NCBI GenBank assembly: GCA_965202665.1
Contig: OZ241841.1
Span: 2,704,542 to 2,768,541, forward strand
Length of the DNA: 64,000 nt
Direction: 5' to 3'
Source: Candidatus Spongiisociaceae bacterium
GTDB taxonomy: Bacteria; Actinomycetota; Acidimicrobiia; Spongiisociales; Spongiisociaceae
The notes under the pieces are model-generated. The model did no database searches. It saw only the letters and a list, made by a program, of their open reading frames with translations, and was not told the origin of the DNA. Each line of letters starts with the position of its first letter. The stretch's first letter is position 1. Below, in pieces: positions 10,067 through 19,793 of this stretch. The position numbers and the translations under genes were made by a program.

Positions 10067-10184
10067 TAAACCCGGAAGGGCATTACGGGCTGGCAACCGG
10101 CTTAAAGTCTTGTCCAACAAGGGTTTTAGCAATCTGCCAGATCACCCACCTCCGCCCTCCGTCAGTGATTGCTGGAGAAACATG

Positions 10185-10340
10185 GCCCGCCTACCCTCGT
10201 CGCCCACTCTGCAACCCGCGTGGCCGTCCCTGCTCCGGGGCTATCCACGTAGCCTGCTCCGTAACGATCCTCGCCCGCATCCAGGATCGAGAACCCGCAA
10301 TCGGCGCTTGTGCCACTTCAGTCGCACCTACCGCGTCCCA
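10185..10340 (-). pseudogene. Degenerate ISL3-family transposase fragment
   Basis: Frameshifted remnant reading VRLKWHKRRLRVLDPGCGRGS..EQ..IAP..WATRVG, similar to the remnant at ~36760-37006; boundaries approximate. Confidence 0.55.
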
Positions 10341-10441
10341 CACCTGGACTGCTAACAGTCCCCAACCGAAAAGCCGGTTGAAATTTCAAAATTTCCCATC
10401 TTTGGTTTGACTTTGTGTAGTGTTTCTGCAACAATCATGAC

Positions 10442-11758
10442 ATGAGCGAACCAGAAAAGCCCCTAGAAGGTGCTAGTGCACTGCTGTCCTTCACGACGGA
10501 GAACGCCCACTCCTACCGCGACGAGACAGAATTCTCCATGCTGGCCACGCGCTTCGCTGATGATGACATACGGCGCGACCTGTCCCTAGCAGGATTGAAA
10601 GATCCAGTGGGCGTGCTGCCCCTCGCGGGCATTTTCGGGCCCAACGCATCTGGCAAAACTACTATTCTGCGTGCGATGGCTGAAATGAGAATAGCGGTAA
10701 GAAACTCTTTTAGAAAAGGCGATGACGACAGTGGGTTTAGGCGTATTCCCTTTCTTCTCGACTCCCAGCACAGTCAAAAACCCTCTGTATACGGGGTTGA
10801 TATCGTAATTGAAGGTGTTAGTTGGCAATATGGATTTATAGTAGATAACGAACGAGTTATTGAAGAATACGCTTACTATTATCCTAAAGGCCGTAGATCT
10901 CTATTATTTGATCGCAATAAAAATGCTGTCAAATTTGGTCCCGCCCTTCGTCCTGTTAGTAGCTCGTTACAAGATATATCGCGACCTAACTCACTGTTAT
11001 TATCAGCGGCAGGTGCCACTAGTAACAAAATATTGGCTCCACTATATAAATGGTTTCGCAGTAACTTGATATATATGGATTCGAATAGTAGAGATTTTCG
11101 TCTTCATGAATTATCGAATAAAATTCGAAATAATAATTCCAAGGAAAGGATAATGGATTTGATAAGAGAATCTGATTTAGGTATTACTGATATACAGCAG
11201 ATAGAACCAGATCAGGTTATGTTAGAACAAGCAAAACAGATGATTAGTATTATATCAGGTGAAGATTCAGAAATAGATATTGATGATCTTAAGTTACTGG
11301 GTAGAGTTCAATTTATTCATCGCGGTTCAAACGCAAATGTAGAATTGGATTCATCATTGGAATCCTTAGGAACTGTAACTTGGGCAAGCTTGATCCAGCC
11401 TATTATAAATGCTTTAGACAATGGACAAACTTTACTCATAGACGAAATTGATTCGAGCCTTCATCCGCTTCTTGTAGAATCTCTTATAAATTTATTTCAG
11501 AGTAAGGTTTCTAATCCCAATTGCGCCCAGATTATATTCAATTCCCATGATAGCAGTATTTTGAGTAATAGACAGTATGCTCTCACTAGGGATCAAGTTT
11601 GGTTTACATCTAAAAAACAGGAAGGTTCTACTATTCTTTATCCCCTGTATGATTATAAACCGAGAAGTGGTGAAGCCATTGACAAACGGTATCTTCATGG
11701 ACGATACGGTGCTATCCCTAACCTAGGAATACACTTCAATCCTCAAGAAGGAAAATGA
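10442..11758 (+). CDS. AAA_21-family ATPase (RloA/AbiLi-like)
   Basis: IFGPNASGKT Walker A, ESLGT signature, LLIDEIDSSLHP Walker B/D-loop, IFNSHD, LTRDQVWF, YLHGRYGAIP; mostly low GC. Confidence 0.88.
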   Translation: MSEPEKPLEGASALLSFTTENAHSYRDETEFSMLATRFADDDIRRDLSLAGLKDPVGVLPLAGIFGPNASGKTTILRAMAEMRIAVRNSFRKGDDDSGFRRIPFLLDSQHSQKPSVYGVDIVIEGVSWQYGFIVDNERVIEEYAYYYPKGRRSLLFDRNKNAVKFGPALRPVSSSLQDISRPNSLLLSAAGATSNKILAPLYKWFRSNLIYMDSNSRDFRLHELSNKIRNNNSKERIMDLIRESDLGITDIQQIEPDQVMLEQAKQMISIISGEDSEIDIDDLKLLGRVQFIHRGSNANVELDSSLESLGTVTWASLIQPIINALDNGQTLLIDEIDSSLHPLLVESLINLFQSKVSNPNCAQIIFNSHDSSILSNRQYALTRDQVWFTSKKQEGSTILYPLYDYKPRSGEAIDKRYLHGRYGAIPNLGIHFNPQEGK

Positions 11759-12387
11759 AAAAGTATAACCGCTCTCGTAAACTAAATCGTTCTCGTAGAG
11801 GCGTTGAACAACGGGCCACCGTAGCAGTGTTTACGGAGGGCAAAATAACAGAACCTCAGTATGTCAAGGTTCTAAAAGATATCTACAGAGGAGCCGTCAA
11901 CATTGATGTTATAAACAGATACGTTGGTTCTGCTCCTGATGTTCTTGTAAAGAAAGCTATTGACTATCAGAGGAATGTAGACAGACATAATCCACAATAC
12001 GATGAGATATGGTGCCTGTTTGATAGAAACGAACACCTAAACATCGAGGTAGCAATGCAAAACGCTCGTAAAAATAATATAAAGACGGCAATCACTAATC
12101 CATGTTTTGAATTGTGGTTGGTACTTCATCAAGAGAATCAATCTCGACATGTGAGCAAAGAGAGTATCCAGAAAAGGTCTCGGTCTTTGGGCATAACAGA
12201 AGGTAAGCATCTCTCGGAAACTGGTAAGAAATTATCGCGTGAAAAATACTATGATGCCAAAAATCGGGCGCAACGTCTTGAGAAGCAACACATAGGCAAT
12301 GGTTCCAAGTCTTGGGAGAATCCTAGTAGTCAGGTGTGGAAGTTCGTTGACCGGTTAGCGTTGTTCTCGGAAGTAGGGGATGGCTAG
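11755..12387 (+). CDS. RloB-family (TOPRIM-like) protein
   Basis: VFTEGKITEPQY, IWCLFDRN, TNPCFELWLVLH, NPSSQV; ATGA overlap with the ATPase; low GC. Confidence 0.88.
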   Translation: MKKYNRSRKLNRSRRGVEQRATVAVFTEGKITEPQYVKVLKDIYRGAVNIDVINRYVGSAPDVLVKKAIDYQRNVDRHNPQYDEIWCLFDRNEHLNIEVAMQNARKNNIKTAITNPCFELWLVLHQENQSRHVSKESIQKRSRSLGITEGKHLSETGKKLSREKYYDAKNRAQRLEKQHIGNGSKSWENPSSQVWKFVDRLALFSEVGDG

Positions 12388-13308
12388 GTTGGCGGGGGCG
12401 CCCAGGTAACGGGCGCGTTTGCCGCTGGCTAGAACTATCATCGCCGCTATGGCCAACGCGAAGGGCAACATGGCCAGGATGGTGGATGGCACGTTGCTCC
12501 ACGGCTCCCCCAGGGTCTGCAGGGTGAACTGAATGTATTCGGCGGCTCCGAACAGGTAGGCGGCGAAAATGGCGCGCCACGGCCGCCAGCTGGCCAGGAT
12601 TACCAGGGCGATGGCGATCCATCCCGCCCCGCCGATGGGGTCGTCTTGCCAGGTGGGAACCAAAGCCAGCGAGAAATAGGCCCCGCCCAGGCCGGCCAGC
12701 GCCCCGCCCGCCATCACATGCGCGTAGCGCACCCAGGTCACGTTGATGCCCACCGACTCGGAACTGGCCGGGTCCTCCCCCACCGCCCGCAACGACAATC
12801 CCATCCGGGTGCGGAACAGGTAATAACTGGCGCCTCCGGCGGCCGCCCACGCCAAATAGACCAGCAGGTCGTGTCCGAACAGCAACGGGCCGATCACCGG
12901 CAGGTCGGCCAGCCCCCCTTCCAAAACGGCGGTGAACGCCTCCCGGGAGGGGCTGCCCACCAGCGGCTCGGAGCCCGCCCGCCCCAGGAAACTGGCCAGA
13001 CCCGACCCGAAAATGGTGAGGGCCAGGCCGGAGACGATCTGATTGACCCGCAGGGTGATGGAAGCGAAAGCGTGGATGGAGGAAAAGGCCGCCCCGGCCG
13101 CCATGGCGGTCACCACCCCCAGGGCGAGGCTGCCGGTGTTGAAAGTGGCCCAAAACCCGGAAACGGCCCCCACCAGCATCATCCCCTGCACGCCCAGGTT
13201 GAGAATCCCGGCCCGTTCGGTGATGATCTCGCCCACGATGGCGAAGATAAGCGGCGTCCCCAAAGTAACGGCGGCGGCGATGGTGAGAACCAGTTGCGAA
13301 TCGTTCAT
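12355..13308 (-). CDS. Nucleoside/sugar ABC transporter permease
   Basis: GEIITERAGILNLGVQGMM, LRAVGEDP, GWIAIALVI. Confidence 0.9.
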   Translation of the reverse strand: MNDSQLVLTIAAAVTLGTPLIFAIVGEIITERAGILNLGVQGMMLVGAVSGFWATFNTGSLALGVVTAMAAGAAFSSIHAFASITLRVNQIVSGLALTIFGSGLASFLGRAGSEPLVGSPSREAFTAVLEGGLADLPVIGPLLFGHDLLVYLAWAAAGGASYYLFRTRMGLSLRAVGEDPASSESVGINVTWVRYAHVMAGGALAGLGGAYFSLALVPTWQDDPIGGAGWIAIALVILASWRPWRAIFAAYLFGAAEYIQFTLQTLGEPWSNVPSTILAMLPFALAIAAMIVLASGKRARYLGAPANLAIPYFREQR

Positions 13309-14423
13309 CCGCCGCCCCCCTCCCCCGTCGTTTGCAGGGCAACCCTCCGCGACCGAACGCGGCGCAGTCGGTTGGCTATCAGGAACTCGCCCGCCACCGC
13401 AAAAATCAGAATGGCCCCTTCCAGCATGGTCACGGTAGCGGTCGGAACCCCGATGGACTGCAGCGAAGGCCCCACGTTGTTAAGAGCCCCCAGCAGAATT
13501 CCCACCGGGATGACCGCCAGCAGGTTGAGCCGGGCCAGGGCGGCCACGATGATCCCGGTGAAACCCAGGCCCAGGTTCAACGACCGGGGGTCCAAAGCCC
13601 CGGCCGGGCCGGCCACGAACAACGCTCCGGCCAGCCCGGCGAAGGCCCCCGACAGCAGAAACACGCTCAGAATCTTTCCCGGCACTTTGATGCCCGCGTA
13701 GCGGGCGGTGTTTTCCGAATCTCCCACCACCCGCACCTCAAACCCCCACCGGGTCTGGTTGAGCAGATACCAGGCCCCGGCCGCCGCCGCCGCCGCAATG
13801 AACACGCCGATGTCCAAACGGTTGAAAAATTCAGGGAAGCGGGCCCCCTCCGGCAAAGGCCGTCCCGACGGGAAAGTGCTGAAGCCCGAATCCCGCCACG
13901 GGCTGTGCGACCCGAAAATCAGATATTCCATCAGTCTCAAAGCGATGAAGTTGAGCATCAGGGTGGTGATGATCTCGTTGGTTCCCAGATAGACTTTGGG
14001 GAGGGCGGAAGCCGACGCCCACGCCGCTCCGCCCGCGCATCCGGCCAGGACCACCAGCGGAAGGGCCAGCCCGGGGGCGACCCCCTCCCCCAGCCAGATG
14101 GCCATCCCCGACCCGGCGATGGCCCCCATCAGGAACTGGCCTTCCGCCCCTATGTTCCACACCAGCATTTTGAAGGCCACCGCCGCCGCCAGCCCGGTGA
14201 GGATGAGGGGCGTCCCTGAAATCAGGGTTTCGCTCCAGCCCCGGGAACTGCCGAAAGCGGATCTCAACATGTGGGCGTACACAGTGGACGGGGTTTCGCC
14301 GGTTATGTACAGGAACACCCCGGCCACGAACCCGGCCGCCAACACCGAAAGGATCGGGATGAGCAGTTTCACCCACACCGGGGTCAAACCGCGCGGTTCT
14401 GAGATGAGCAGGCGCAGGTTCAC
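13305..14423 (-). CDS. Nucleoside/sugar ABC transporter permease
   Basis: WNIGAEGQ, NEIITTLMLNF, GFTGIIVAALARLN. Confidence 0.9.
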   Translation of the reverse strand: MNLRLLISEPRGLTPVWVKLLIPILSVLAAGFVAGVFLYITGETPSTVYAHMLRSAFGSSRGWSETLISGTPLILTGLAAAVAFKMLVWNIGAEGQFLMGAIAGSGMAIWLGEGVAPGLALPLVVLAGCAGGAAWASASALPKVYLGTNEIITTLMLNFIALRLMEYLIFGSHSPWRDSGFSTFPSGRPLPEGARFPEFFNRLDIGVFIAAAAAAGAWYLLNQTRWGFEVRVVGDSENTARYAGIKVPGKILSVFLLSGAFAGLAGALFVAGPAGALDPRSLNLGLGFTGIIVAALARLNLLAVIPVGILLGALNNVGPSLQSIGVPTATVTMLEGAILIFAVAGEFLIANRLRRVRSRRVALQTTGEGGGG

Positions 14424-15955
14424 GCCGACCGCTCCTCCCGGTGGCCGGCCATCAACAGGCCCAGCTGGTCGGCGGTGGCTTGTTCCGCTTCCATTTCACC
14501 GACGATTTCACCTTCGTAGATAACGGCCAGCCGGTCCGATAAGGCCAGCAGCTCGTCTAAGTCCTCGGAAATGAGCAACACCGCTACACCGCGACGGCGC
14601 TGGGCCAGCAGATGCTCCCGCACCGCCTGGGTGGCCCCCACATCCAGGCCCCGGGTGGGGGAAACGGCGAGAATCACCCGCGGTTCCATTTCGATCTCGC
14701 GGGCGATCAGGGCCTTCTGCAGGTTGCCCCCGGACAGCAGGCGGATGGGCAAGCCGGGCCGCACCCCCCGTATGTCGTACTGCTCGATTTGGCGGGCCCC
14801 TTCGGTGCGGAAAGCCCCCGCCGCCAGACGCCCCCTTTTGCTGTAGGGGGGGCGGCGGTAGGTTTTTAGGGCCAGGTTTTCTTCGGTGGTCAGACCGGGG
14901 GCCAGGCCCATACCCAACCGGTTTTGGGGAATGTAGGCTGTTCCGGCCGCGATGCGTTCCCGTACCGACCAGCGGGTTACGTCCCGGCCCGCCACTTCCA
15001 CCCGTCCCGCCTCGGGGATACGCAGGCCGGCTATCCCGTAGGCCAGTTCCCGCTGGCCGTTGCCCGCCACGCCGGCCAGGCCCAAGATTTCCCCTTCCCG
15101 GACTTGCAGCGAAACTCCCCGGACGGTTTCCAAACCCCGGTCGCCAGCCACCCGCAGGCCGCTTACCGCCAAAGCGACCTCTCCCGGCTCGGTTTCCGTT
15201 TCCCTCCGGGGCAGGCGCAGTTCCCGCCCCACCATCATGGCCGCCAGATCATTGGGGGCCAAGTCGGCGGTATCGCCCCGGCCGGCGTTGCGCCCGTCCC
15301 GCAGCACGGTCACCCGGTCCGAGACCTGTTTTACCTCCGCCAGTTTATGGGAAACGAAAATCACCGACCGCCCTTCCCCGGCCAGCCGACGCATCGTGGC
15401 GAACAGTTGGGAGCTTTCCTGGGGGGTTAGCACCGCGGTCGGTTCGTCCAAGATGAGCACCCGCACATCCCGGTAGAGCAGTTTCAGGATTTCCACTCGT
15501 TGCTGCTCCCCCACCGACAGTTGCCAGATGCGGGCCGACGGGTCGACGGGCAGGCCGAACCTCTCCCCCATATCCTCCGCGATCCGTTCCTGACGGCGGC
15601 GTTGCACTCGCAACGGCAGGTCTTGATGGCCCAGCACCAGGTTTTCGGCCACGGTCAGGTTCTCCACCAGCCGGAAATGCTGATACACCATTCCCACCCC
15701 GGCCGCCAAAGCGTCTTTGGGAGTGCGGAAGTGAACCGTTCGACCGTCCAGCAATATCTCCCCCGCATCGGGGCGGTACAGGCCGGCCAGCGCCGAACAC
15801 AAAGTGGATTTGCCCGCCCCGTTCTCCCCCAGCAGGGCGTGAATTTCTCCCCGTTTTAGTTCAAAGTACACCCCGTCGTTGGCTTTGACGCCGTAAAAGG
15901 ACTTGTCGATGCCGCGCGTCTCGACGGCGGCATGGAGGGTCGCGTCATCGCCCAT
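14420..15955 (-). CDS. Nucleoside/sugar ABC transporter ATP-binding protein (two NBDs)
   Basis: GENGAGKST, LSVGEQQRVEI, ILDEPT, LSGGNLQK, SPTRGLDVGA. Confidence 0.93.
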   Translation of the reverse strand: MGDDATLHAAVETRGIDKSFYGVKANDGVYFELKRGEIHALLGENGAGKSTLCSALAGLYRPDAGEILLDGRTVHFRTPKDALAAGVGMVYQHFRLVENLTVAENLVLGHQDLPLRVQRRRQERIAEDMGERFGLPVDPSARIWQLSVGEQQRVEILKLLYRDVRVLILDEPTAVLTPQESSQLFATMRRLAGEGRSVIFVSHKLAEVKQVSDRVTVLRDGRNAGRGDTADLAPNDLAAMMVGRELRLPRRETETEPGEVALAVSGLRVAGDRGLETVRGVSLQVREGEILGLAGVAGNGQRELAYGIAGLRIPEAGRVEVAGRDVTRWSVRERIAAGTAYIPQNRLGMGLAPGLTTEENLALKTYRRPPYSKRGRLAAGAFRTEGARQIEQYDIRGVRPGLPIRLLSGGNLQKALIAREIEMEPRVILAVSPTRGLDVGATQAVREHLLAQRRRGVAVLLISEDLDELLALSDRLAVIYEGEIVGEMEAEQATADQLGLLMAGHREERSA

Positions 15956-15977
15956 AGGATGGTAAATCTAATCGGGT

Positions 15978-16011
15978 TGAGGGAGCGCGGTCATGAAACC
16001 GCGCTCCCTCA
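15978..16011. terminator. Perfect 14-bp inverted repeat (intercistronic hairpin, partial terminator or mRNA stabiliser)
   Basis: TGAGGGAGCGCGGT-catgaa-ACCGCGCTCCCTCA between the BMP lipoprotein and ATPase genes. Confidence 0.6.
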
Positions 16012-16047
16012 GGAACGTGAATGGCCGGCCATCGCCGGGCCGGGCGA

Positions 16048-17109
16048 TCAACCGGTGGGGCTGCCGGACACTCCTTGGACGAAGAAGTCCATAGTGAAGA
16101 TGTCGCCCAACTGACGAGTGTTTCCGTCCTGGTCGACGATCGGGTCCGGGAAGACGGAGAAGGTCCCGTCGATGATCTGTTGCTTGCGCTCCAAAATCAT
16201 GTCTTGGATGTTCTGCGGAACCGACGCCCCGAAGGGGGCGATGTCCACCATCCCGTCCGCCATGTTCCCGTAGTAGGCTTCCGGTTCCCAGGTTCCGTCG
16301 ATTACCTGCTGGGCGGTGAGCAGATAATGGGGGCCCCAATCCCAGATGGCGGCGGTCAGCCAGGCGTTGGGGGCGAATTCGGTCATGTCCGTGTTGTATC
16401 CGACCCACTTGGCCCCAGCGGCGTCCGCGGCCTGTCCGGGGGCGGCTGAGTCTTGGTGCATGGCGATCACGTCCACGCCCGCGTCCAGCAGTGATTGGGC
16501 GGCCGCCGACTCTTTGGGCGGGTCGAACCAGGTGGAGGTCCACACCACTTCCACCTGCGCGTCCGGGTTGATCTCCTGTGCTCCCAGGGTAAAGGCGTTG
16601 ATGCCCCGCAACACCTCCGGGATGGGGAAGGCGGCTACGTAACCGATGCGGCCGTTTTCAGTGGCGTCTCCGGCGGCCATTCCGCTCAGGTAGCGCCCTT
16701 CCTCGGCGGCCCCGAAGTAGTTGCCCATGTTGGGGCCGGTCTTGTAGCCGGTGGCGTGCATGAACACCACCTCCGGGTAGTTCTCGCCGGCGGCCAGCAT
16801 CGGGTCCATATACCCGAAAGAAGTACCGAATATCAGGTCGTGGGTGTCGGCCAACTCTTCGAACACCCGTTGCGAGTCGGGCCCTTCGGGGATGATCTCC
16901 AGGGTGGTGATGGCAACCGCGTCGCCCAACTGCTCTTTAACGTACTGGGCGCCCTGGTCATGGGCCCACGACCAGCCCTTGTCGGCCACCGGGCCGACAT
17001 GCACGAAGGCGATGTTGAGGGGCTCATCGCTGCTGTCGTCGCCGCAAGCCGCGGCAACCAACGTCAAGGCCAGCATCAAGGCGGCGAACCGCCATATACC
17101 TTTAAACAT
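16048..17109 (-). CDS. BMP-family ABC substrate-binding lipoprotein (purine/nucleoside)
   Basis: Lipobox VAAAC, GPVADKGWSWAH, GTSFGYM, FPIPEVLRGINAF, TWFDP. Confidence 0.92.
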   Translation of the reverse strand: MFKGIWRFAALMLALTLVAAACGDDSSDEPLNIAFVHVGPVADKGWSWAHDQGAQYVKEQLGDAVAITTLEIIPEGPDSQRVFEELADTHDLIFGTSFGYMDPMLAAGENYPEVVFMHATGYKTGPNMGNYFGAAEEGRYLSGMAAGDATENGRIGYVAAFPIPEVLRGINAFTLGAQEINPDAQVEVVWTSTWFDPPKESAAAQSLLDAGVDVIAMHQDSAAPGQAADAAGAKWVGYNTDMTEFAPNAWLTAAIWDWGPHYLLTAQQVIDGTWEPEAYYGNMADGMVDIAPFGASVPQNIQDMILERKQQIIDGTFSVFPDPIVDQDGNTRQLGDIFTMDFFVQGVSGSPTG

Positions 17110-17256
17110 TTTGAGTTCTCCTTACTCCGCAAATCGCGCCCCGCCCGACAGCGGGGGGATACCGTGCGATACTACCCGCAAAACGGCATGTAGGCTAATC
17201 AGCCGGGGCGAATTGACGGCAGATGGGGGACATGGCGATGAGGGTAGAGGAGGGCT

Positions 17257-18099
17257 GTGACAAAAAAGGATGATGCGCTTCCGACGGCGGCTTCCCCTCC
17301 CTTCCCGCGCCTGGACGGGGGCTGGGAGCCGACCCGGGCCGCCCTCCACGCCTACAGCCGGGCTTTGTGCGCCCTGCCCGAAGGGATTCTCCCCCCTCAT
17401 CCCGCTTGGTGGCACGCCAGCTTGGCGGTCGGCCCGGACGGGTTGCGCACCGGCAACCTGCCCTTGCCGGGCGGATGCATGGCGGCGGGGCGCCTGGACC
17501 TGCTCCGGCATCGGATCGCGCTGAACTCCAGTTGCGGGGAGGCCGTTTCTTTCGACCTGCGGGAGGGGCGCACCGCCGCCGAAATGGCCGACGGCCTAAT
17601 CGCCGCCCTCCGGGATTGGGGCTTGGAGGGCGATTACCGGCGGGAGAACTTGGAAAGCGACGCCCCGCTCCGCTACCGCCCGCAGGCGGTGGCCCCTTTC
17701 CGCAGGGCGCTGGCCAACGCGGCGGTCGCCTTCGAGGCCCATCAGGCGGGGCTGCCCTTCCGGGAAGTAGGTCCCGTCCAGTTCTGGTCGCACGGCTTCG
17801 ACCTGTCCGTGGAATGGTTCGGGACGCGGCAGGTGGAATACGAGGGCGCGATGCATCCGGTGCAGATCAACCTGGGTTTCTATCCGAACGGCGACCGCCC
17901 CTACTTCTACTCCAACCCCTTCCCTTTCACCGAGGAAATGTCCCGCAACCCGCTCACGGTCGGGGAATGGCACGACGGCGAGTTCCGCGGTTCCATCCTT
18001 TACTACGACCGGGTAGCAGATCGGCCGGACGGACGGAGGCTACTCAAGACTTACGCCGCCGAGGTTTACCAAGCCGCCCGCCCCGCCCTCGCCGACTAA
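17257..18099 (+). CDS. Conserved hypothetical protein (DUF5996-like)
   Basis: WEPTRAALH, HPAWWHASL, GPVQFWSHGFDL, GFYP..PYFY; family assignment from memory. Confidence 0.6.
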   Translation: MTKKDDALPTAASPPFPRLDGGWEPTRAALHAYSRALCALPEGILPPHPAWWHASLAVGPDGLRTGNLPLPGGCMAAGRLDLLRHRIALNSSCGEAVSFDLREGRTAAEMADGLIAALRDWGLEGDYRRENLESDAPLRYRPQAVAPFRRALANAAVAFEAHQAGLPFREVGPVQFWSHGFDLSVEWFGTRQVEYEGAMHPVQINLGFYPNGDRPYFYSNPFPFTEEMSRNPLTVGEWHDGEFRGSILYYDRVADRPDGRRLLKTYAAEVYQAARPALAD

Positions 18100-18138
18100 G
18101 CGGTCCCGGCAACAACCAGGGTATGGTAACCTGCGTTT

Positions 18139-18492
18139 ATGACGAAAATCACCGTTTCCGAATTGGAGCAAGATGTTGCCTCCTACGTGCGCCGGGCCAT
18201 AGCGGATGGCGAAACATTCGAGATAACTGAGGACGGACTACCATCGGCCATCCTGAGCCCCGCCAATAGGTTTACTTCCCACGACCCAATCCGAGCCGAC
18301 GGGGATTTTGAACCAGATGATGGCGCTAATGCATCGGCGGGTCTTTCCCCGCTAGATCGCCTCCGCGCCGCCGGTGAGGTGGAAAAACCGGTAGGTGATA
18401 TTCGCGATGTGCCTGAACCCTTGAAACCAGTACCAGGTCAACCACTCCTGTCAGAGATGATCATATGGATGCGAGATAATGAACGCTACTAA
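18139..18492 (+). CDS. Phd/YefM-family antitoxin
   Basis: ITVSELEQDVASYVRRA..GETFEITEDGLPSAILSP; C-terminal LSEMIIWMRDNERY; overlaps a PIN gene. Confidence 0.75.
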   Translation: MTKITVSELEQDVASYVRRAIADGETFEITEDGLPSAILSPANRFTSHDPIRADGDFEPDDGANASAGLSPLDRLRAAGEVEKPVGDIRDVPEPLKPVPGQPLLSEMIIWMRDNERY

Positions 18493-18601
18493 CAAGGTTG
18501 AATATTTCGATTCCTCTGCTATCGCAAAGATAGTACTGGATGAACCAGAATCCAGCGCACTTCGTAGATATTTGCCGAATGCTTATCCGATAGTTTCTAG
18601 T

Positions 18602-19677
18602 TGTACATGGCCAGTAGGTTGGTTACAGTCTGGAGGTTGGTGGTTTGCCTCCGAGGCTGTAGTGGGGCCGGTGGTTATTGTAGTAGTGGAGCCAGTGGCG
18701 GAGGGCTTGGTTTCGGGTTTGGTTGTCGGGCCAGGGTTGGGAGTTGGCCCATTCTCGTTTGAGGGTTTGGTTGTATCGTTCCACTTTGCCGTTCTGCTGG
18801 GGATGATACGGTCTGATCGTGATATGACGGATGTCGTGTTGGGAGAGCAGGGAAGCGAACGCTCGGCTGCGGGTGTAGCTCCAGTGGTTGTCGGTCATGA
18901 TCTCCGCGATGTGGGTTACGCCTAGTTGGCGGAAGTGGTGGAGTGCGCGGGCGGTGAACGCGGCGACGGTGGTTCCTTTCTCGTCTGATAGCGTTTCGGA
19001 GTAGGCGAGGCGGGTGTAGTCGTCCACGACAGAGTGCACAAAGGTCCATCCCGCTCCGCTGGCGGGGGCGTTGCCCCGGCCGTGTACCTTCCATCCCCCG
19101 CCGGGCGGTATGGAAGAAAGCTTCTTAACATCCATATGCAGCAACTCACCAGGCCGTTCCCGTTCATACCGCACCACCGGCCCGGGAGGGGTTTTGAGCG
19201 GTTCGCCGGTCAGCGGGTCGCATTCCCACAGACGCAACACTCCATGGCGGCGGAGGATGCGGCTGATCGTCCGCTCCGGCACCCCCGTAAACGCCGACAA
19301 TCGAGCGGGCCCCGCCCGCAACATCCGCCGCGCCCGCAGCACCAGCTCTTCCACCTCCGGGCTGGTACGCATAGGGGAGCAACGCGGCCGCGACGACCGG
19401 TCTTCCAAACCGGCCTCGCCTTCTTCCCGGTAGCGGCGCACCCACTTGGACACGCACTGCCGAGACATCCCCATCCCCCGAGCCACTTGCGCTACCGGTT
19501 CCCCTTCTTCTATTACCCGCAACACCATCCCCAAACGTCCCAAAGGCGACGACCTCGCGTTACCATGCATCCCTGAAGACCTCCTCCCGTGCTATAGGGT
19601 GCTTTCACTCCCCATAACACCAGGAGGTCTTCACTTATGCAACAACCAAACCGTCACCAACGTCCTGGCCAAGTACA
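18602..19677 (-). mobile_element. IS481-family insertion sequence (1076 bp)
   Basis: TGT..ACA ends; imperfect IRs TGTACATGGCCAGTAGGTTGGT / TGTACTTGGCCAGGACGTTGGT; 6-bp TSD TCTAGT at 18596-18601 and 19678-19683. Confidence 0.95.
18623..19570 (-). CDS. IS481-family DDE transposase
   Basis: HGNAR..HTH, GLEDRSSRP, RYERERPGELLHMDVKKL, VDDYTRLAY, MTDN, PQQNGKVERYN. Confidence 0.95.
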   Translation of the reverse strand: MHGNARSSPLGRLGMVLRVIEEGEPVAQVARGMGMSRQCVSKWVRRYREEGEAGLEDRSSRPRCSPMRTSPEVEELVLRARRMLRAGPARLSAFTGVPERTISRILRRHGVLRLWECDPLTGEPLKTPPGPVVRYERERPGELLHMDVKKLSSIPPGGGWKVHGRGNAPASGAGWTFVHSVVDDYTRLAYSETLSDEKGTTVAAFTARALHHFRQLGVTHIAEIMTDNHWSYTRSRAFASLLSQHDIRHITIRPYHPQQNGKVERYNQTLKREWANSQPWPDNQTRNQALRHWLHYYNNHRPHYSLGGKPPTSRL

Positions 19678-19793
19678 TCTAGTACGCTTGCCCGTTTGTG
19701 GTTACGATAAACGGTAAGCGCAAGGTTGGGAAGTGCGCGCCCCTCGTTGAAAATACGGTATCTGAAGGCGTCGGGTTCGGCGTTTGGGTTTCT

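Larger units (their letters stand above)
18479..19750 (+). pseudogene. vapC: VapC/PIN toxin pseudogene interrupted by IS481 and internally deleted
   Basis: 5' part YFDSSAIAKIVLDEPESSALRRYL..VSS; after the IS: STLAR, then out-of-frame CGYDKR*AQGWEVRAPR* matching VapC C-termini. Confidence 0.75.

Noticed and set aside
10110-10137. Second dif-like half-site TTGTCCAACAA
   Set aside because: No XerD-like TTATGT arm at the 6-bp spacing
18479-18925. 148-aa ORF as an intact toxin
   Set aside because: Only the first ~41 codons are vapC; the rest reads antisense into IS481
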